From Girardia tigrina (Eukaryota): a stretch of 54,797 nt of DNA. The notes below the pieces were generated by a model. It had not been told where the DNA came from. It ran no database searches and saw only the letters and a program-made list of their open reading frames with translations. Where the stretch lies: contig MQRK01236849.1 in assembly GCA_001938485.1 (NCBI GenBank), positions 1 to 54,797 on the forward strand, in the 5' to 3' direction. A program made the translations under genes and the position numbers. The number at the start of each line of letters is the position of its first letter. Position 1 is the stretch's first letter. Of this stretch, positions 1 to 14,800 are shown piece by piece.

Positions 1-1187
1 GTCCTACTATTTCATGTTATCCGTTAATTAATTTCGTATTTTTTTGTTAAAAAAACCATTTATTTAAGTATAAAAGTGAAAAAAATACGAAATTAATTAG
101 TTGTACACCTAATATATATAAATATATGTAAATTTATTATTTTTGAAATTTTGTATTTATTTTAGAAAATGGTTTTTAATTTTAAAACTATTTAAATTAT
201 AAAAATAAACTATATACATATTACAAGTTTCATTACTTAAGATTCTATCTAAAACATTAATTTTTTATTTTTATTAATATTGTAACTTCATACCGCATTT
301 TATCGTCTTCGCGTATTCTACAATAAATTTCTATTTTTTTACATTTTAATTTAATATTAATTTAAAATGTTTTTTTTATCTTTATTCAAAAAATTTAATA
401 GTCTCTCAAAATCCTCACAATGTCAATTAAAAAAGAAGTTATAGTTCATAAAATAACTTTAATATCTTAGTTTCATCTAAAATCTCTTTTACATCAATTT
501 ATAAACTATATTATTGAAACATGAATTTATTTTTAATATTTATTCCTTTATAATTATTTTCTAATGAAATGATTATTTAAATGATTCCATGAAAATAGTT
601 AACCTTTCAACATTATTTTTAATATTTTTGGGAAACTAATGTACATCTAAATTAATGGGATTTTTATTATCATTATTCAATTTTCTTTTCGAAAATAATG
701 TCTGATTTTGTAGTTTTATTTATCCATTAGCCTGAAAACCCGACCTAAGGCGGAAAATATTTTTCTTAAGAAAAAATATTTTCCATCTATATTATATTTT
801 ACATTTATAAAGATAAATTTTTATGGAGAATTATTTATTCTGATTTTCAACTGCTCTACTCTTTCCAGACTTCAAAGAGTAAAACTCTGACATACATATG
901 CATCTTTTGTGAGTAATAGGTGTAGTGAATTCAGTCCGTTAAATTATTCCCTTGTAAGCTATAATCTTCTTGGAAAATGAATGCTATTTAGCAAAAAAGT
1001 AGAAGAAACATTAATTTTTCCTAGTTCTTGTATAAAAATGAAGAAATAAAATTAAAAAAACAATGGTCATTTTTTAAATAGACAAAAGAACTCCATTTAA
1101 TAAGTTTGAAAAAATATATTTAACAATTTTATCGCCGCAGATTATCTTTTTTTATCGCTTATGTATAAGAAATGAATGATAACCTAA

Positions 1188-1188
<1 letters not shown>

Positions 1189-1224
<36 letters not shown>
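1189..1224. repeat. (TA)n microsatellite
   Basis: Direct observation. Confidence 0.95.
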
Positions 1225-1232
<8 letters not shown>

Positions 1233-1423
1233 ACCTAACACATTGCGCAATAGCGATCAGCAGTTCTTAGCATTTGAGAGTACCAGTTGAACTTTTAATG
1301 CATCATGAGATCTTACAATTTATTTTTCATATGGCACAATCCAAGAACTTTAAATCTCTTTGTTAAGAAATTTAATTTTTTTATACTAAAGTTGTTCTTA
1401 CAAGTAAATTGTTTAAACATAAT

Positions 1424-1466
1424 CATGGACCCCTGTATAATAGATGCTATTATACAGGGGTTCATG
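1424..1466. mobile_element. 43-bp palindromic mini-element with 9-bp target-site duplication
   Basis: catggacccctgtataatag-atg-ctattatacaggggttcatg flanked on both sides by aaacataat (1415-1423, 1467-1475). Confidence 0.75.
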
Positions 1467-2616
1467 AAACATAATGATTAAACAAATTTATTTTTTATAA
1501 GCGGTATATAAATCGAAGAGGGCCGTAAAACCATCGAATAATAATATCCCAAAATAGTCTTTACAATCAGTTATTATATGATAATATTTTATTAAGTCTG
1601 CTTACTATATTATTTAGAGTTTATAAACCATAGCCCGAATGCGCACCAGACAGAATATTATTTATCATATTAAACATAAAATTGACATTTCTTTTGTAAT
1701 ATATTTTGATTTTATTTACTCTTAAAATGATACAAATATATAAAAATTAATTAAATAATTTACGAGTTTGCGGACAATAATTTTATTAGAGTTTGAATCA
1801 AGAGGTCAGATTGGGATCAGACATGGCGGTGTATTTGATAAAACGGTCTTATGACAAAGGATGGAATTATATCTTTAATCAAAGGAGTCTTATTAATGAA
1901 ATAGCCAAAGTTGTTACGAATAAATTTAAATTTTTATTTAAAAAATCATTTTATTTGCTTAAGTAGTAATAAATTTGAATACACTAGATAACTACAGTCA
2001 TAATCGAACAACTATGACAAAATATCTTATTTTATTGGAAAAATAATCATTTCATTTAGAGATAAATATAATATATCAACTTATTTTATAACTCAAATAT
2101 TGTATCATCCTTAAACAATAAATTCATCCAATCTGTTTAAGAATGAATTTCCCGAAAACGGTGACGCGGATCAAATTGCAAAACTGATGTTGAATAAGAT
2201 GATTTTCTCATATAAAGGAGTATAAATCTTCTTACACTAAATTTGAACTTTGTAAATGAATGAACCTTTAGCGATTTGACAAAAAAGTAATTTCGTCCTT
2301 GTCAGCCATCATTTTAACTGATTCACTTCTGTTATAAATGTTTTATAATTATAAATGTGTTATAGATAGGAATCTATTTATTTTAACATATCGAAAATGT
2401 ATCAGTTGTTGGAATTGTAGGAAAAAGATTTTCGGATTTTATTTGGGATGAATGTTATGCTTCTTTCAGTATTAAAATTACTTTTTCTGACAACTATAAT
2501 ATCTTTTATTGATACATTTTATTTGTGTTTTAATTAATATTATAGTATGTTTGAAAACTATGAACAATAAATTGAGTTCTAATAGTTAATTTGACCATTT
2601 CACAAAATATTATTAG

Positions 2617-2812
2617 GTTCAATTATGAGATCATCGGTCAAGGAACCCTTGTGTTGATCAACACCAGTAATGTGTATGATGGACTCTACACATGCCAGGC
2701 CTCCCTCAAAAAGAACAGCAGTCTTACGATCTCCAACTCCTTCAATCTGATAGTCAAACCTCAGTTGAGGTTTATCGAAAATCCTCCACCTATTGTAGTT
2801 AAAGATAGAAAT
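2617..2812 (+). CDS. DCC/fra: DCC exon: C-terminal half of an Ig domain and linker
   Basis: ttattag|G...AAT|gtatat; GTLVLINTSNVYDGLYTCQASLKKNSSLTISNSFNLIVKPQLRFIENPPPIVVKDRN. Confidence 0.85.
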
Positions 2813-5800
2813 GTATATTTGTTATATTATTTTAAATACTATTTTATTATTAATTTTTAAATATTTTTTTATACTTTTTCCTCATTTAAATTTAAAAAAT
2901 GAAAACGAAATATGTAAAATTAATAAGAAATAAAAAGACGGATTATAAATCTGGAATTTTTTAGTATAAGTATTAAATTTTATTATTTATTAAATAAACA
3001 CATTTCAATATCTCATTGAAATATTTACCAAAATTCATTGAATAAAATAGTTTTTGAGATAATTTTATTTTTTTACAAAAAATAAAATCGATTTTCTTTT
3101 CTTGTTAAACAAAAATTTAGAATTTATTTTAATTGAAGAATTATAGTTCTAATTATTTTTTACTGACATTAATTAAATTATTTTATTTAATTATTTCGAA
3201 ATATAAATTAACAAAATAAATATTTTATTTATAAATTTTAAGTTGTATTTTTAGAATTTAATTTAAAATGTTAATCTTCTTTTATTGCAATAGTTTTTGC
3301 GAAAGAAAATTTTTATTTTTGAATCTTTCCAAAATTTCCAGATTTTCAGAATAAATGATATATCGTTTATAAAACGCGGGGATTGCAAATAAGACATTAA
3401 CATTTGTATATATTTCAATACGTAAATTAACCATGTCAACACTATTGGTGCATATTGTCCCTTTCAACACGATTTTTTATTTCAGTAACCCATGTAATAT
3501 TATAGCCCAAAATATTTTTTTTCTAATTTATTTTGACTAGATTGAATAAAAAGTCAAAATAAATTGGAAAAAATATTTTGGGCTATAATATTACATATTA
3601 CTGAAATACAAAAGTCGTGTTGAAAGAGATAAAATAACAAATGTCTAGGGAGACAAATCTAATAGAATATTTTCTGACTTTCTAAGATTCATTTTTCCTT
3701 TCTGAAGCTGAGCCTATTATTTTTATTATTAGATTTAGAAAGTTCAGTGTTCTTTGAGAAGAATAGTTTTTGATTGAATTTATTGATTTTTCCTCTGAAA
3801 TAGTGTCTTCAGAGTCATTATCAAAAAGATTTTTTTATATAATCTAATCTTTATTATGAATAATAACGCCAGTGCGATAATCCTATTCACATATAATAAA
3901 AATTTATGACCCTTTCGAACCATTTAATAAATATAGTATACTTACTACTGTTTTAAGTCATAAGTGCCTGCTTTTTTTAACAGAACACTGAATGATATAG
4001 AATAATAAAGAGTTAAGAATTATTCAAAAGTTTTATATTTTCCGAAATTGATCATTTAAAATTTCTGAAAATACAGTGGAATGCATTTTTGAACCAGTTT
4101 CTTTTCTATTACAGAATCAATTTTCTATTTTTTCTATTACAGAATCAACTGTCTCAGTGCTTTCTGATCCTTGTCACCAATAACACAGCTTTTCTCCAGA
4201 AAGTAGCAAAGATTCTCAAAGTGATTATAAAGATGTCTCCATGTCATATGGATCCTCTGAATCACTTTAATCTGATTCCTCAATACACTGCAGTGAAGAG
4301 GCCTACAGATAAATATAAGAATGTGACAGTTTATTGAAATTTAGAATCCGAAATTCAATTTGTACTCTATCTTTATGTTTGCTACACTTCATCCGATTGG
4401 ATGAGGAAAGTAACAACTCCATTATTTGCCGAGACATAGTCTTCGAATTCCACTCCCACAGGAATGCAATTAAAAGTTTTCACTTTGTCAAAAATTTTCC
4501 CATAATTCATGGTAACATCTGGAATCACAAGCTCAGAGGGATTATCTTCGATAGTAAAGTAGCCAGCTTTGCGGAAACAGTTTGAAATGGTTTTGTTAGT
4601 CATAGTACCACATGCACTTACAAGATACTGGATTACGTGAAGAGACTGATACAAAACAATTCACGATTCATAGCTTCTGTCTGTAAAATTTAAAAAGCAG
4701 TACATAAATTACGGAACATAATGTATATAGAAATATTTTTTTTCTCACCTACAATGTATCACCGAAGAATATGTCCTCTGAAGTGACAGGTGAGGTTTTG
4801 GATTACGCCTTGATCCATCGGTTGCAAAAAAAGCTGTGGTGTTTGGGGGAAGTAAACGTACTTCAATGTTGGAAGGTGTGCAATTGAATTGATGTGCATT
4901 TATCCAAAAGCAGTAAAATTTTACGCCCACTCAAACGCATAGAAATATCCAACTTAACCATTCATTAAATATTACACTTGTCCGTCCATCGATAGCTGAC
5001 ATTGAGTTGGTCATGGTCTACATTCTTAAAGCATCTTGGTTTCTCTGATTTCCCTATGACCAGCAGTTGCTACAAATAATAACAGTGATGTGATTTTTAG
5101 AAGCTTTGCCACCACTGCATTTTTCCCCTTTGAAAGTCAATGTTTATTGAGCATCATTTCGTACAAAAATCCAGTTTCATCTGCATTATAAATTCTGTGT
5201 CTTGTAACATGCTGAAATTCCTGGAAGTACCTGCGTAGTCCAAATGGCTTTCTCTTCAGGGTTCCCTGGTCCATACTCCACACCTACAGTTTTGCAAATC
5301 ACTTGGTGCCTCTATTTAATTTTCGGAAGCCATCCCTCACTGACTTTCAAATCCGTATCATCGAAGTCATTCGCAAATTGCCACGCCTTACCTAACAAAA
5401 TATGCCAATTAACAACAGCATTTTATCTCCCATTTCTGGTAACTACAATCAATAATTAGTACAATTGCCTTATTCGTACGCATTAATTGATGACGTGGAT
5501 AAAAAGCCATAGTATTAGGTTTGTCGAAAAATAATGGTGGTTTTGGGACACAACTTCAAAGACGTGCAAATTCACAGAAACAAAAGTTTATTAATCAAAG
5601 TCTGAACTGTTGGCATCAATACATTTTTGCCAACGAGAAACAAGTTGTTTTATTCCATCAGCATAAAATGCATCGGTTCTCGAAGTGACGAATTCTTGGA
5701 AGGCATTTTGAGTATCATTTTGGTTTTTGAAAATTTTTTCATGTAGGAAGTTGTACAAATGCCTGAAAAAGTAGAAGTTCGTTGGCAAGAGGTCTGGTGA

Positions 5801-8800
5801 ATATGGTGGATGAAGCAGGGTTTCATAGCCCAACTCATTAAGCTTTTGAAGAGTCACTTTTNNNNNNNNNNNNNNNNNNNNNNNNNNNNNNNNNNNNNNN
5901 NNNNNNNNNNNNNNNNNNNNNNNNNNNNNNNNNNNNNNNNNNNNNNNNNNNNNNNNNNNNNNNNNNNNNNNNNNNNNNNNNNNNNNNNNNNNNNNNNNNN
6001 NNNNNNNNNNNNNNNNNNNNNNNNNNNNNNNNNNNNNNNNNNNNNNNNNNNNNNNNNNNNNNNNNNNNNNNNNNNNNNNNNNNNNNNNNNNNNNNNNNNN
6101 NNNNNNNNNNNNNNNNNNNNNNNNNNNNNNNNNNNNNNNNNNNNNNNNCCACTGTGCAGATCGACGTCGGTTATCATACAGGATCCATTTCTCATCACAG
6201 GTAACAATACGATCAAGAAATGGATCGTGTTTATTGCGAAGATGATTGGCAGAACAAATTTCATAGCCTCGGTTCTTTTGATTTTCATTCAAATCATGTG
6301 GAACCCATTTATCAAGTTTCTTGATTTTTCCAAGTTCTTTTAAATGATCCAGTTGAATGACTAATACCCAACCCATCTGCAAGTTCTCTGTTGTACGAGG
6401 ATCTGTTTCCACCATTGTCCTCAAATTGTCGTTGTTCGCAGCAACTGGACGACTACGATCTTCTTCATCTTCAAGGTTTTCATCTCCATCAGAAAGTTTT
6501 CGGAACCATCGTTGCACTGTGCGCTCAGAAGCTGTTCCCTTGCCAAACGCTTTATTGATATTGCTAGCCGTTTCTGCTACTTTACGACCCAGTTTATTTT
6601 TGTACAAGAAAATTGCTCGAATTTTAATTTTTTCCATTATTAATTTAGCACCGTAAATATTCTAAAAAATAACAGCAATATGTTAATAATGGCTATAGGA
6701 ATATACAGCTAGACATAAGATTTCAAATAATATCTAACACTAATGCATTTAAACTTATATATATCAAAGTAGATTCGCTAAATAATCTTCGGTGTTTGAA
6801 TTGTTAATGAAAATTTCCAAAATTCTAAAATAATATTTTTTCCTACCTATAAAATCAAAATGTATTGTTAATTTCCTTTTGGCTTTTTATTTTTAACTTT
6901 AAAATATAATTATTATATTTGGTTTTGTTTATTTTTTTCGTTGTGTATAAAAACAATATCAGTATTTGATTCACTTACTTGTTCCATATTTATTTTATTT
7001 TGTTAGTAAAGTTTTTTTTAATTAATCTGCATCAATTTAAAATTAAGGTTCGAAAATCTGTACTTCTTTTGCAACAACCTAATAGTTGCCTGAGATTTCA
7101 TAAATTTCGTGTTTATAATAATTATTATAATTTATAATTTTATTATAATTCTAATTTACTGAAAAATTGAAAAATCTAATCCATAAATAAACACTAATAA
7201 TTAGATATTTCATAATTTTATATAAATCAAATATAATTTTCCAGACAGAAATTCTCCTAAAATGCCGCATTAATGATATTGGCTCTGACAACAAAATTAT
7301 CTGGAGAAAAAATGGAGAACTGATGTTGGGAAACAGTTATATATATCAAAACGATGGCTACCTTCGCATCTCAAAGTTCTTGAAGAGTGATGAGGGTATC
7401 TTTCAATGTTTGGCTGATAACGAGTAAGTAATATATTTTATTTCCTTTTTTCTCGTAAGAGATTTGCAAAAATTTAAAACACTAAAAAATATTTTAAAAA
7501 TTATATATAATTCATGCATTATTTTTTCTTTGTTCATAATTTTGAATTTGTTTAATCTATTAAATATTTATTCATTTCTATTAATTTTTCGTTCTAATAG
7601 ACACTACAGTCATTAAGTGTAGATATTCTGATGTTTCTTTTTGACCTTAGCCGTTGGCCCGTAGGTGCACCTAATTTTCAAGCATTCGCCCCATCTCTCT
7701 ATTTGTAGCCCCTCTTCTCAGACATTCCATGCTCAGTCAAATCCATTCTTTCAAGTCGTCTGTCCATTTTTTCTTTAGACTTTCTCCTTCTATTCTTTGA
7801 TCAATCATAAACTTTACTATTGCTTGTTTTCTTATATGTCCGTAGAATTTCTGCTTCCTTCTCTTGGTTGTCTTTTCTATTGATTCCGATTTTTCATCTA
7901 GTATTTCTTTCACTCTACTCCATTCAAAGTCATTGGTTTTCTTTTCTTTCCACGTGATCTTCGGCATTCTCCTGTAGCACTTCATTTTAAACGCTTTAAG
8001 TTTATACAACCTCTTCTAACTTATTCTTCAACCCTCGCATCAATAGAAAAGTGCTGTCCAGACAATCTGCCTTAGTGATCTTTATTCTACCCTTCATATT
8101 GATTTCTTTGAGGTAAAAACTGTGCTAAACTTTATCATTGCGCTTATTGCTATACCAATCCGGTTTCTGATTTCTTCTTCGATTTCCTCATTCTCTGTGA
8201 TAGTAGAGCCTATCAACTTGTTCCAGCTGCTCCCCTTCAATGTTGATCTCCAGTTTAAACTAGTTATTACGATTTCCAAAAAAACATTATTTTGCTTTTT
8301 TCTCTGTTGATTTCTATTCCGAATTTTTTTGACACTTTGTGCAATCTATCCCTAAGTTTCCGAATCTCTGCCTCTTCTTTACCAATTATGCCTTTATCGC
8401 CAGTAAATCGTTAGTTGGTTATTCTTGTTCCTCCGCAGCTTATTCCAAAATCGTCTAGATCGTCTATTGATTCCATAAAAATTCTTTCAAGGAATAGATT
8501 GAACAGTGTTGGTGAAGAATGCAAACCTTGTCTTACTCATGCTGATGATTTAAACCAGTCGCTAAATTGCTCCCTTAGGGTTAAGCGGGGATCAGACTGC
8601 TGATCTGGATTATATTTTAATTATATTTGACTTTCATTTTATCAAGACATTCTTTCCACAAAATCAAAAAATAAGTATTTCCATTTTATTAATTAATGAT
8701 ACATAATTGGAAGAATGATTCACAAAATAAATACGTTACAAGCAATAACCTGTCAAAGAGGATGGAGCATTGCTGCTATTCGAAAAGTGTTACTACATAA

Positions 8801-11800
8801 GCAAACACTATGAAATTTATATAAGATTGTAGCACTTGAAAATTGTAATTTCTGCTTTAAAATTCATGAGGTATTTATTTTTTACGATTCGCTCCAGAAT
8901 TCCGAGAATATTCACTGTAAAAACCAATTCAAATTAAACTTTTAATACATTTAAACAAACATTCAAAAATTAATGCTTGCAGCCGTAATATAATTGTATT
9001 ATTTGGAGTCACTATGCGCAATACATTTATAACTGAAAAAAACGACAGCCCATAAATTAATCAATATTTATTTAAATCGATAACCTTTACGAAATTTATT
9101 TATTTTCTCTAAAATCTATTGTGACCCTTCTATATGACCCTTCTTGTTGATTTGAATAAGAATTGTTTTCGATGAAAATTAAATCAACTTTGCAAAATGC
9201 TTCCACCTGCCAGTCACACCAGGATGTATACGATAATTTATCAGTTGTTTCAATCCCAGAATGGAAGGCAAGATACGCCAGGTTACTCTTATACAAACAC
9301 GCATTTGAAATTATATAATACTTAATTTTTTATGTCACCAGTTATTATTTAAAATAGATACACCACGTTTCTTATAAGATTTAGACTTTATTCCGAGAGG
9401 ATATCAAGAATAATAACAAAGAATAGTCAACGTCAAACATATGTTTCATTAAATACATTCTTAAGACTTTGGAGCTAACTTACACATAAATTTGCTTTAA
9501 TATTATTAAAATATTATCTTAATGTAATTGACATATGGACTTCAACGTTCTTGTAGATATTGTAACAAAATGTTACACTTTCTGTAAAAGATTGTATGAC
9601 AAAATATTTAAATTGTCGATAAATTATTTAGTATATTTATTATTAACAATATTATTTGGGGATTTTATTTTCCTATTTAAGATTTTGTTTATATTTCAAG
9701 TTTTATTTTTTGATATCACTTGAGTTATAATTATTCATTGTTTTCATAATATTTATTTCATCCGAAAAATACTCCCTTTAAAATTCAAATTTCACCATCT
9801 TTGATGAAGTTTTACTTCTTTTTGATAATATAAAAGAATCCATGTTCGAGTCTTGGTGTGGTCACCATATTAACAATATCAATAAATTAATATAAACTAA
9901 ATCTAAATATTTATTATAAAAATTAAGTCTGTAATATATAATAATGAGTTAAAGGAAAATAACGTTAAAGGAGTTAATGTTAAAGGAGTTGACTTCTCCA
10001 ACTTGTCAATATTGAAGTATTTCTTGACATGGCGTTCCTGTGAAACTGAATAAATATTTCAAGATATATCGTTTTTGAAGTTGGCTTTTTATTCACGGAA
10101 TTTATTTCTCCGTGTATCTGACTGAAAAGCCTTAAAACCTTAGCATAATTCTCTATGTCAATGCGTCTATTTCAGAAAAACAGTAGGTCGTTGGTGGTTG
10201 TACTGCAGTAATTTTGATTTTATTATTTAACAAATATTTTGGAGAAATATCTAGCTTCAATTTATCAAACATTGAACTTTTAAATTATGTTTCAATAAAT
10301 TATCTTTGGAAAAATAGATATTCAGTACATATTATCATTTTCCATAAAATGTTAGTAATATTTAATCATGATCAATTAGAAATTAGTTTGAATAATGTAA
10401 CAAAATATTATAAAGTCACACGAATTTCATTCCGTTATGAAAAGCATCATAATTAAATGGTTGTTTTATTCGTGGACAGGATCAAAAAAGGCGACCCCCT
10501 CGGAAACTTGAATGCATAAAAGTAGCTCATTCATCAAATTATTAAATCAACTGGATTGTAAAGTAAACTTTCGCTGATTTTTTAAAGCAAAATTAACTGA
10601 TAAATGTCAACTAGTTACAGCATAAAAATAAAAATAAATAAATAAAATTAATTGTAATAAAAATTTAAAGGTCGGGAAATGGTTAGAGAAATTGTGGTTT
10701 TTGAATTATAAAATGTTTAATTTTCTAATTTCGAATAATTATTGAAGGTAAAATAGTTTGATTTGATATTTTTTCATTTTTCATATATTTTTATAAAACA
10801 AAACATTTTTAGATTAAAACTATTTTAATTTCTTCATTTTTTGGTAAAAATGCAATTTATATTCCTTTAGAATACAATTTGTCGATACATAATATTAAAG
10901 TTATTATTAATTTTAGGCCTGATTATTACACACGAATATGTTGAATTTCAACTAAATTATTTGTCTTTTAGGATATTTTAACATTTTCTTTGATATTCTG
11001 ACCTGAACATTTATATTTTCGCTACGAGCCTCGAATTCAGATGTCCCATCTGCCTGAGAGATAGACTTACTTCGTCAGAATAAAGGTTTCAGATGAATAA
11101 ACAATGTTACTTTACAGATGGCTTAACTTCTAGACTTGTGTTTAAATATATCCTTCGCAATTGTTTATTGAATTTATTTCTTTAGTACTCTTACGGATAG
11201 GTAACTGAGAATGCAAATAAGATGATAAATTAATAATTTTTTCATAATAGTGCATATTAACTAAATAAAAAAGCAATGACTTTGTGAATATTTTCTATTT
11301 AATTACTATTTTAATAATTTTTTAACTAATTTAATGATTTGAATATTTTTAAAATAATCGAAATGATATGGCATATACAATGGTATTATTGTAAACTATT
11401 TCTTTTCAATACTTGAAGATTGAATTTTATAAAAATAATAAATCAGGTAAAATAGTTATAAGTTAGGATATTCTGAGTGTTGTATAAATAAATGTTCAAA
11501 TAACAATTTCGATGCTTATAAGTGAGATACATTTTAGGAATAAATAAAACAAATTAAATTTTTTTGACATATTAGTAAATTTCAATATAAATAGGTCTAT
11601 TTTCGAGATTTAATTCAAATTACATCGAAGACCAGACTTTCCGAACCACTTTACTTGAGGAAATATCTATCAACTGTGCAATGTGAAATAAAAAGAGTAC
11701 TTTCAAGACGTTTGTAGTTTCTAACTAATCTTTTATTCTTTGCACAAAAAAAATTTAAAACGATGAAAAAGTTCAATGAAAGATTTAAATTAAAAATGCT

Positions 11801-14800
11801 TTATAATTTAAAAGTTACAAAAACATTTTACAATCCTTTAAATACAGTCTCTGGCGCTTAATTACCATTTAAATTCTAATTTTTATTTATACTTTTTCCT
11901 TTTAATACTTTTTATACTTTTCCTTTTATACTTTCCTTTTTATACTTTTTACCTTTCCATGTTTGTAAGGAGGACATATGCTGAATCATAATGAAGAATG
12001 TTGCCTATAAATTATTTAACATTTATATGAAAGGAAAAGTGTCCAAAAATTCAAAGACTAAAATCAAGTTTTAATTACTAAGAAACACAACATCAATTAA
12101 ATTTGTTTGATTCTTTGTCAATCATTTAATTACTATCAACATACTGTAAATTGTTTTAAACATTTTCTAACCGACACTCTTCGTCATCAAATTCTGTTGT
12201 AGAAGTGTCTTGTACAAGCAATGTTAAAAAACAAAATGAAACATATCAGAATTGCTGCCAGGTGTCAAAGTCGGCTTCTGACAATAATTGCTTTTAATAA
12301 AATGTAGATGTTGAATGGTTAAAGAAGAATGAAGAATGAATTTCACTTACACTGGGGGGAAATGATTTTGCCGACACTAACATTTTTCTAAAAAAGACAT
12401 CAAAAATCAAAGAATTTCGTTTCGATTTTTTGAACAATATATTTATTGACTATTTATGAAAATATCATAGAAAAAATATTTTAAATATTTATAGTTTTAG
12501 ATCATTTCTATTTTTAATGATTTATTGCATGCTCAAAGTGGAAAATAATTTTACTGACAAGTGACATTTTGTTTAAAATAACCTGTGTTACTGGCATATT
12601 TATGATCTGTGTTGTTGTGATATACTGACACGCCTTCTCGATTCTCATTGTGCAATTTCACAATATATTTGACTCATTCTCGTCTGAAAATCGATTAGCG
12701 GAAGTCGAAATGGCTAAAATATTCACATTGAAAGATTACACGAATATATCAAACCGTCAGATTGCAAAGGAAATCAACCGCGGAAGAGACTTTATTGGTA
12801 ATTTTATTATAAATCGTGAAAACTTTGGAAAAAAACAAGCGCACCGGCCGGTCATCAACCATTTCATCAGCACAAAAACGATTGTTAAATCGTACTGCAG
12901 CGAATAGTTTCAAGTCTGCACGACAATTAAAGGTTGAAAACAATTTGCCTATAGATGTTCGTTGTGTTCGACAAATTTTGAATGGTTCCAAAACAACTAA
13001 AATACAAGGAAATGAAGCGTAAACCAATGTTGTCAAAATCCAATATTGTGGGTCGCAAAAAATTTGCGCTAGACCACATCCATTGGACAAATGAATGACG
13101 ACAAATTATTTTTTTCCGACAAAAAGAAGTTTAATTTCTCTAAATTGGATGGATTTGCAAATTATTGGCATGATTTGCGCACCGAAGAAAAGATTTTCAC
13201 CAAGTGCAAATTTGGCGGTGGTTCTGTGATGTTATGGGGTTCCATAGGGTACTTGAAAAAGATACCATTGTCATTTATTTCAACCAGAATGAACGCCACA
13301 CAGTACCAGGAGATGGTCGACCCTCATTTTAGGGAATATTGCTACGAATGCACTGACTTAGACTAGAAATTTCAACAAGACAACGCTCCAATCCATGTAG
13401 CTAGATCAACTTTGGCCGATTTTCGGGACCGTTGAATCAATCTTTTTGACGTTTGGACGGCCAAATTACCAGATATGAACATTATTGAGAACGTCTGGTC
13501 GATTTTAGCTCGAGAAGTTTACAAAGAAGGTCGACAATTCAACAACAAAGATGGACTGAAGGAGACCATCACGGCCGCAATTCCTCAGGCCAAAATCGTA
13601 TCCCTGTATGACAGTCTCCCACGTCGAATCACCACATTACATGATGCCAAAGGCAAATGGACCAAATATTGAACACAATTCCCCACAAAAATGTGATTCT
13701 TAAGCCCGAAAAAAACGTGTCGGTAAAATTATTTCCCACTTTCAGCATGCAATAAATCATTAAAACTAGAAATGATCCAAAACTATAATTTTTTTTAAAA
13801 TATTTTATGTCTGATAATTGTATAAATACAGTGCGTTCACAAAGTAACTGTGCACCTGCAATTTCAAAACAAGAACGATATCCTGTGTTCTAAAAATCAA
13901 TAACAAAATATTTTGAATAGTCAATTTTATGTGAAGAACAATGANNNNNNNNNNNNNNNNNNNNNNNNNNNNNNNNNNNNNNNNNNNNNNNNNNNNNNNN
14001 NNNNNNNNNNNNNNNNNNNNNNNNNNNNNNNNNNNNNNNNNNNNNNNNNNNNNNNNNNNNNNNNNNNNNNNNNNNNNNNNNNNNNNNNNNNNNNNNNNNN
14101 NNNNNNNNNNNNNNNNNNNNNNNNNNNNNNNNNNNNNCCTTTTGCTTTATCGCTCCCCACAGGTAAAAGTCCAAAACACTTAGATCTGGGGATCTTGGTG
14201 GCCAAATTCCTTTGGAAATGATTCTCTTCGGGAAGATCTCATTCAAAAAACGAAGCAAAATGTTTGCGGTATGTGCTATTGCACCATCCTGCTGAAAATA
14301 GCTAGTCGATCGTTCTTCTTTAGTTAACTGGTCGATGAAAGCAGAAAGGATTTCCTTACAGTACCTTTCTGATGTTATGGTTTCAGTAAAAAAGTTGGCA
14401 CCAATTACACGCCTCCTGGACATGGCACACCATACTCCAACTTTCAAGGAATGCAGAGGCTTCTCAACAAATTCATGCGGATTTTCACTGGACCAAACTC
14501 GAGAATTTTGGCTACTCACATATCCAGACAAAAGCCGTTTTCTATTGACTCTCAATTGTACTTGAAAATAAAATAAATTGTCTTAAATAAAATAAAAAAG
14601 AACTGATTAATTATCAAATTTGAAAATTTTCACTTCGAGTTTTGTTATATCCGAATTTAAAAAAAGGCAGAAACACCGATTCAATTATATCAATTTGATT
14701 TAAATTATCTATATTTCAATTTCTGTTTTATTTCAAACAGAAATAATAATTTTTAATTTTTAATATTTAATTTTTAATAATTAATTAAAATAATAAATTT

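Noticed and set aside
2370-2470. Candidate upstream DCC exon (IENVSVVGIVGKRFSDFIWDECY)
   Set aside because: No phase-compatible donor and no convincing Ig Cys/Trp pattern.
5862-6148. Poly-X ORFs across N runs (also 13945-14138, 15362-15473, 35243-35292, 50801-50850)
   Set aside because: Assembly gaps; apparent ORF continuity through them is an artefact.
9985-10205. Possible Penelope RT fragment (NSVNKKPTSKTIYL) on the minus strand
   Set aside because: Single short motif, too degraded to support.
10993-11081. Minus-strand CTGACGA...GAAA hammerhead candidate
   Set aside because: No plausible stem II or III; only a 9-bp inverted repeat.
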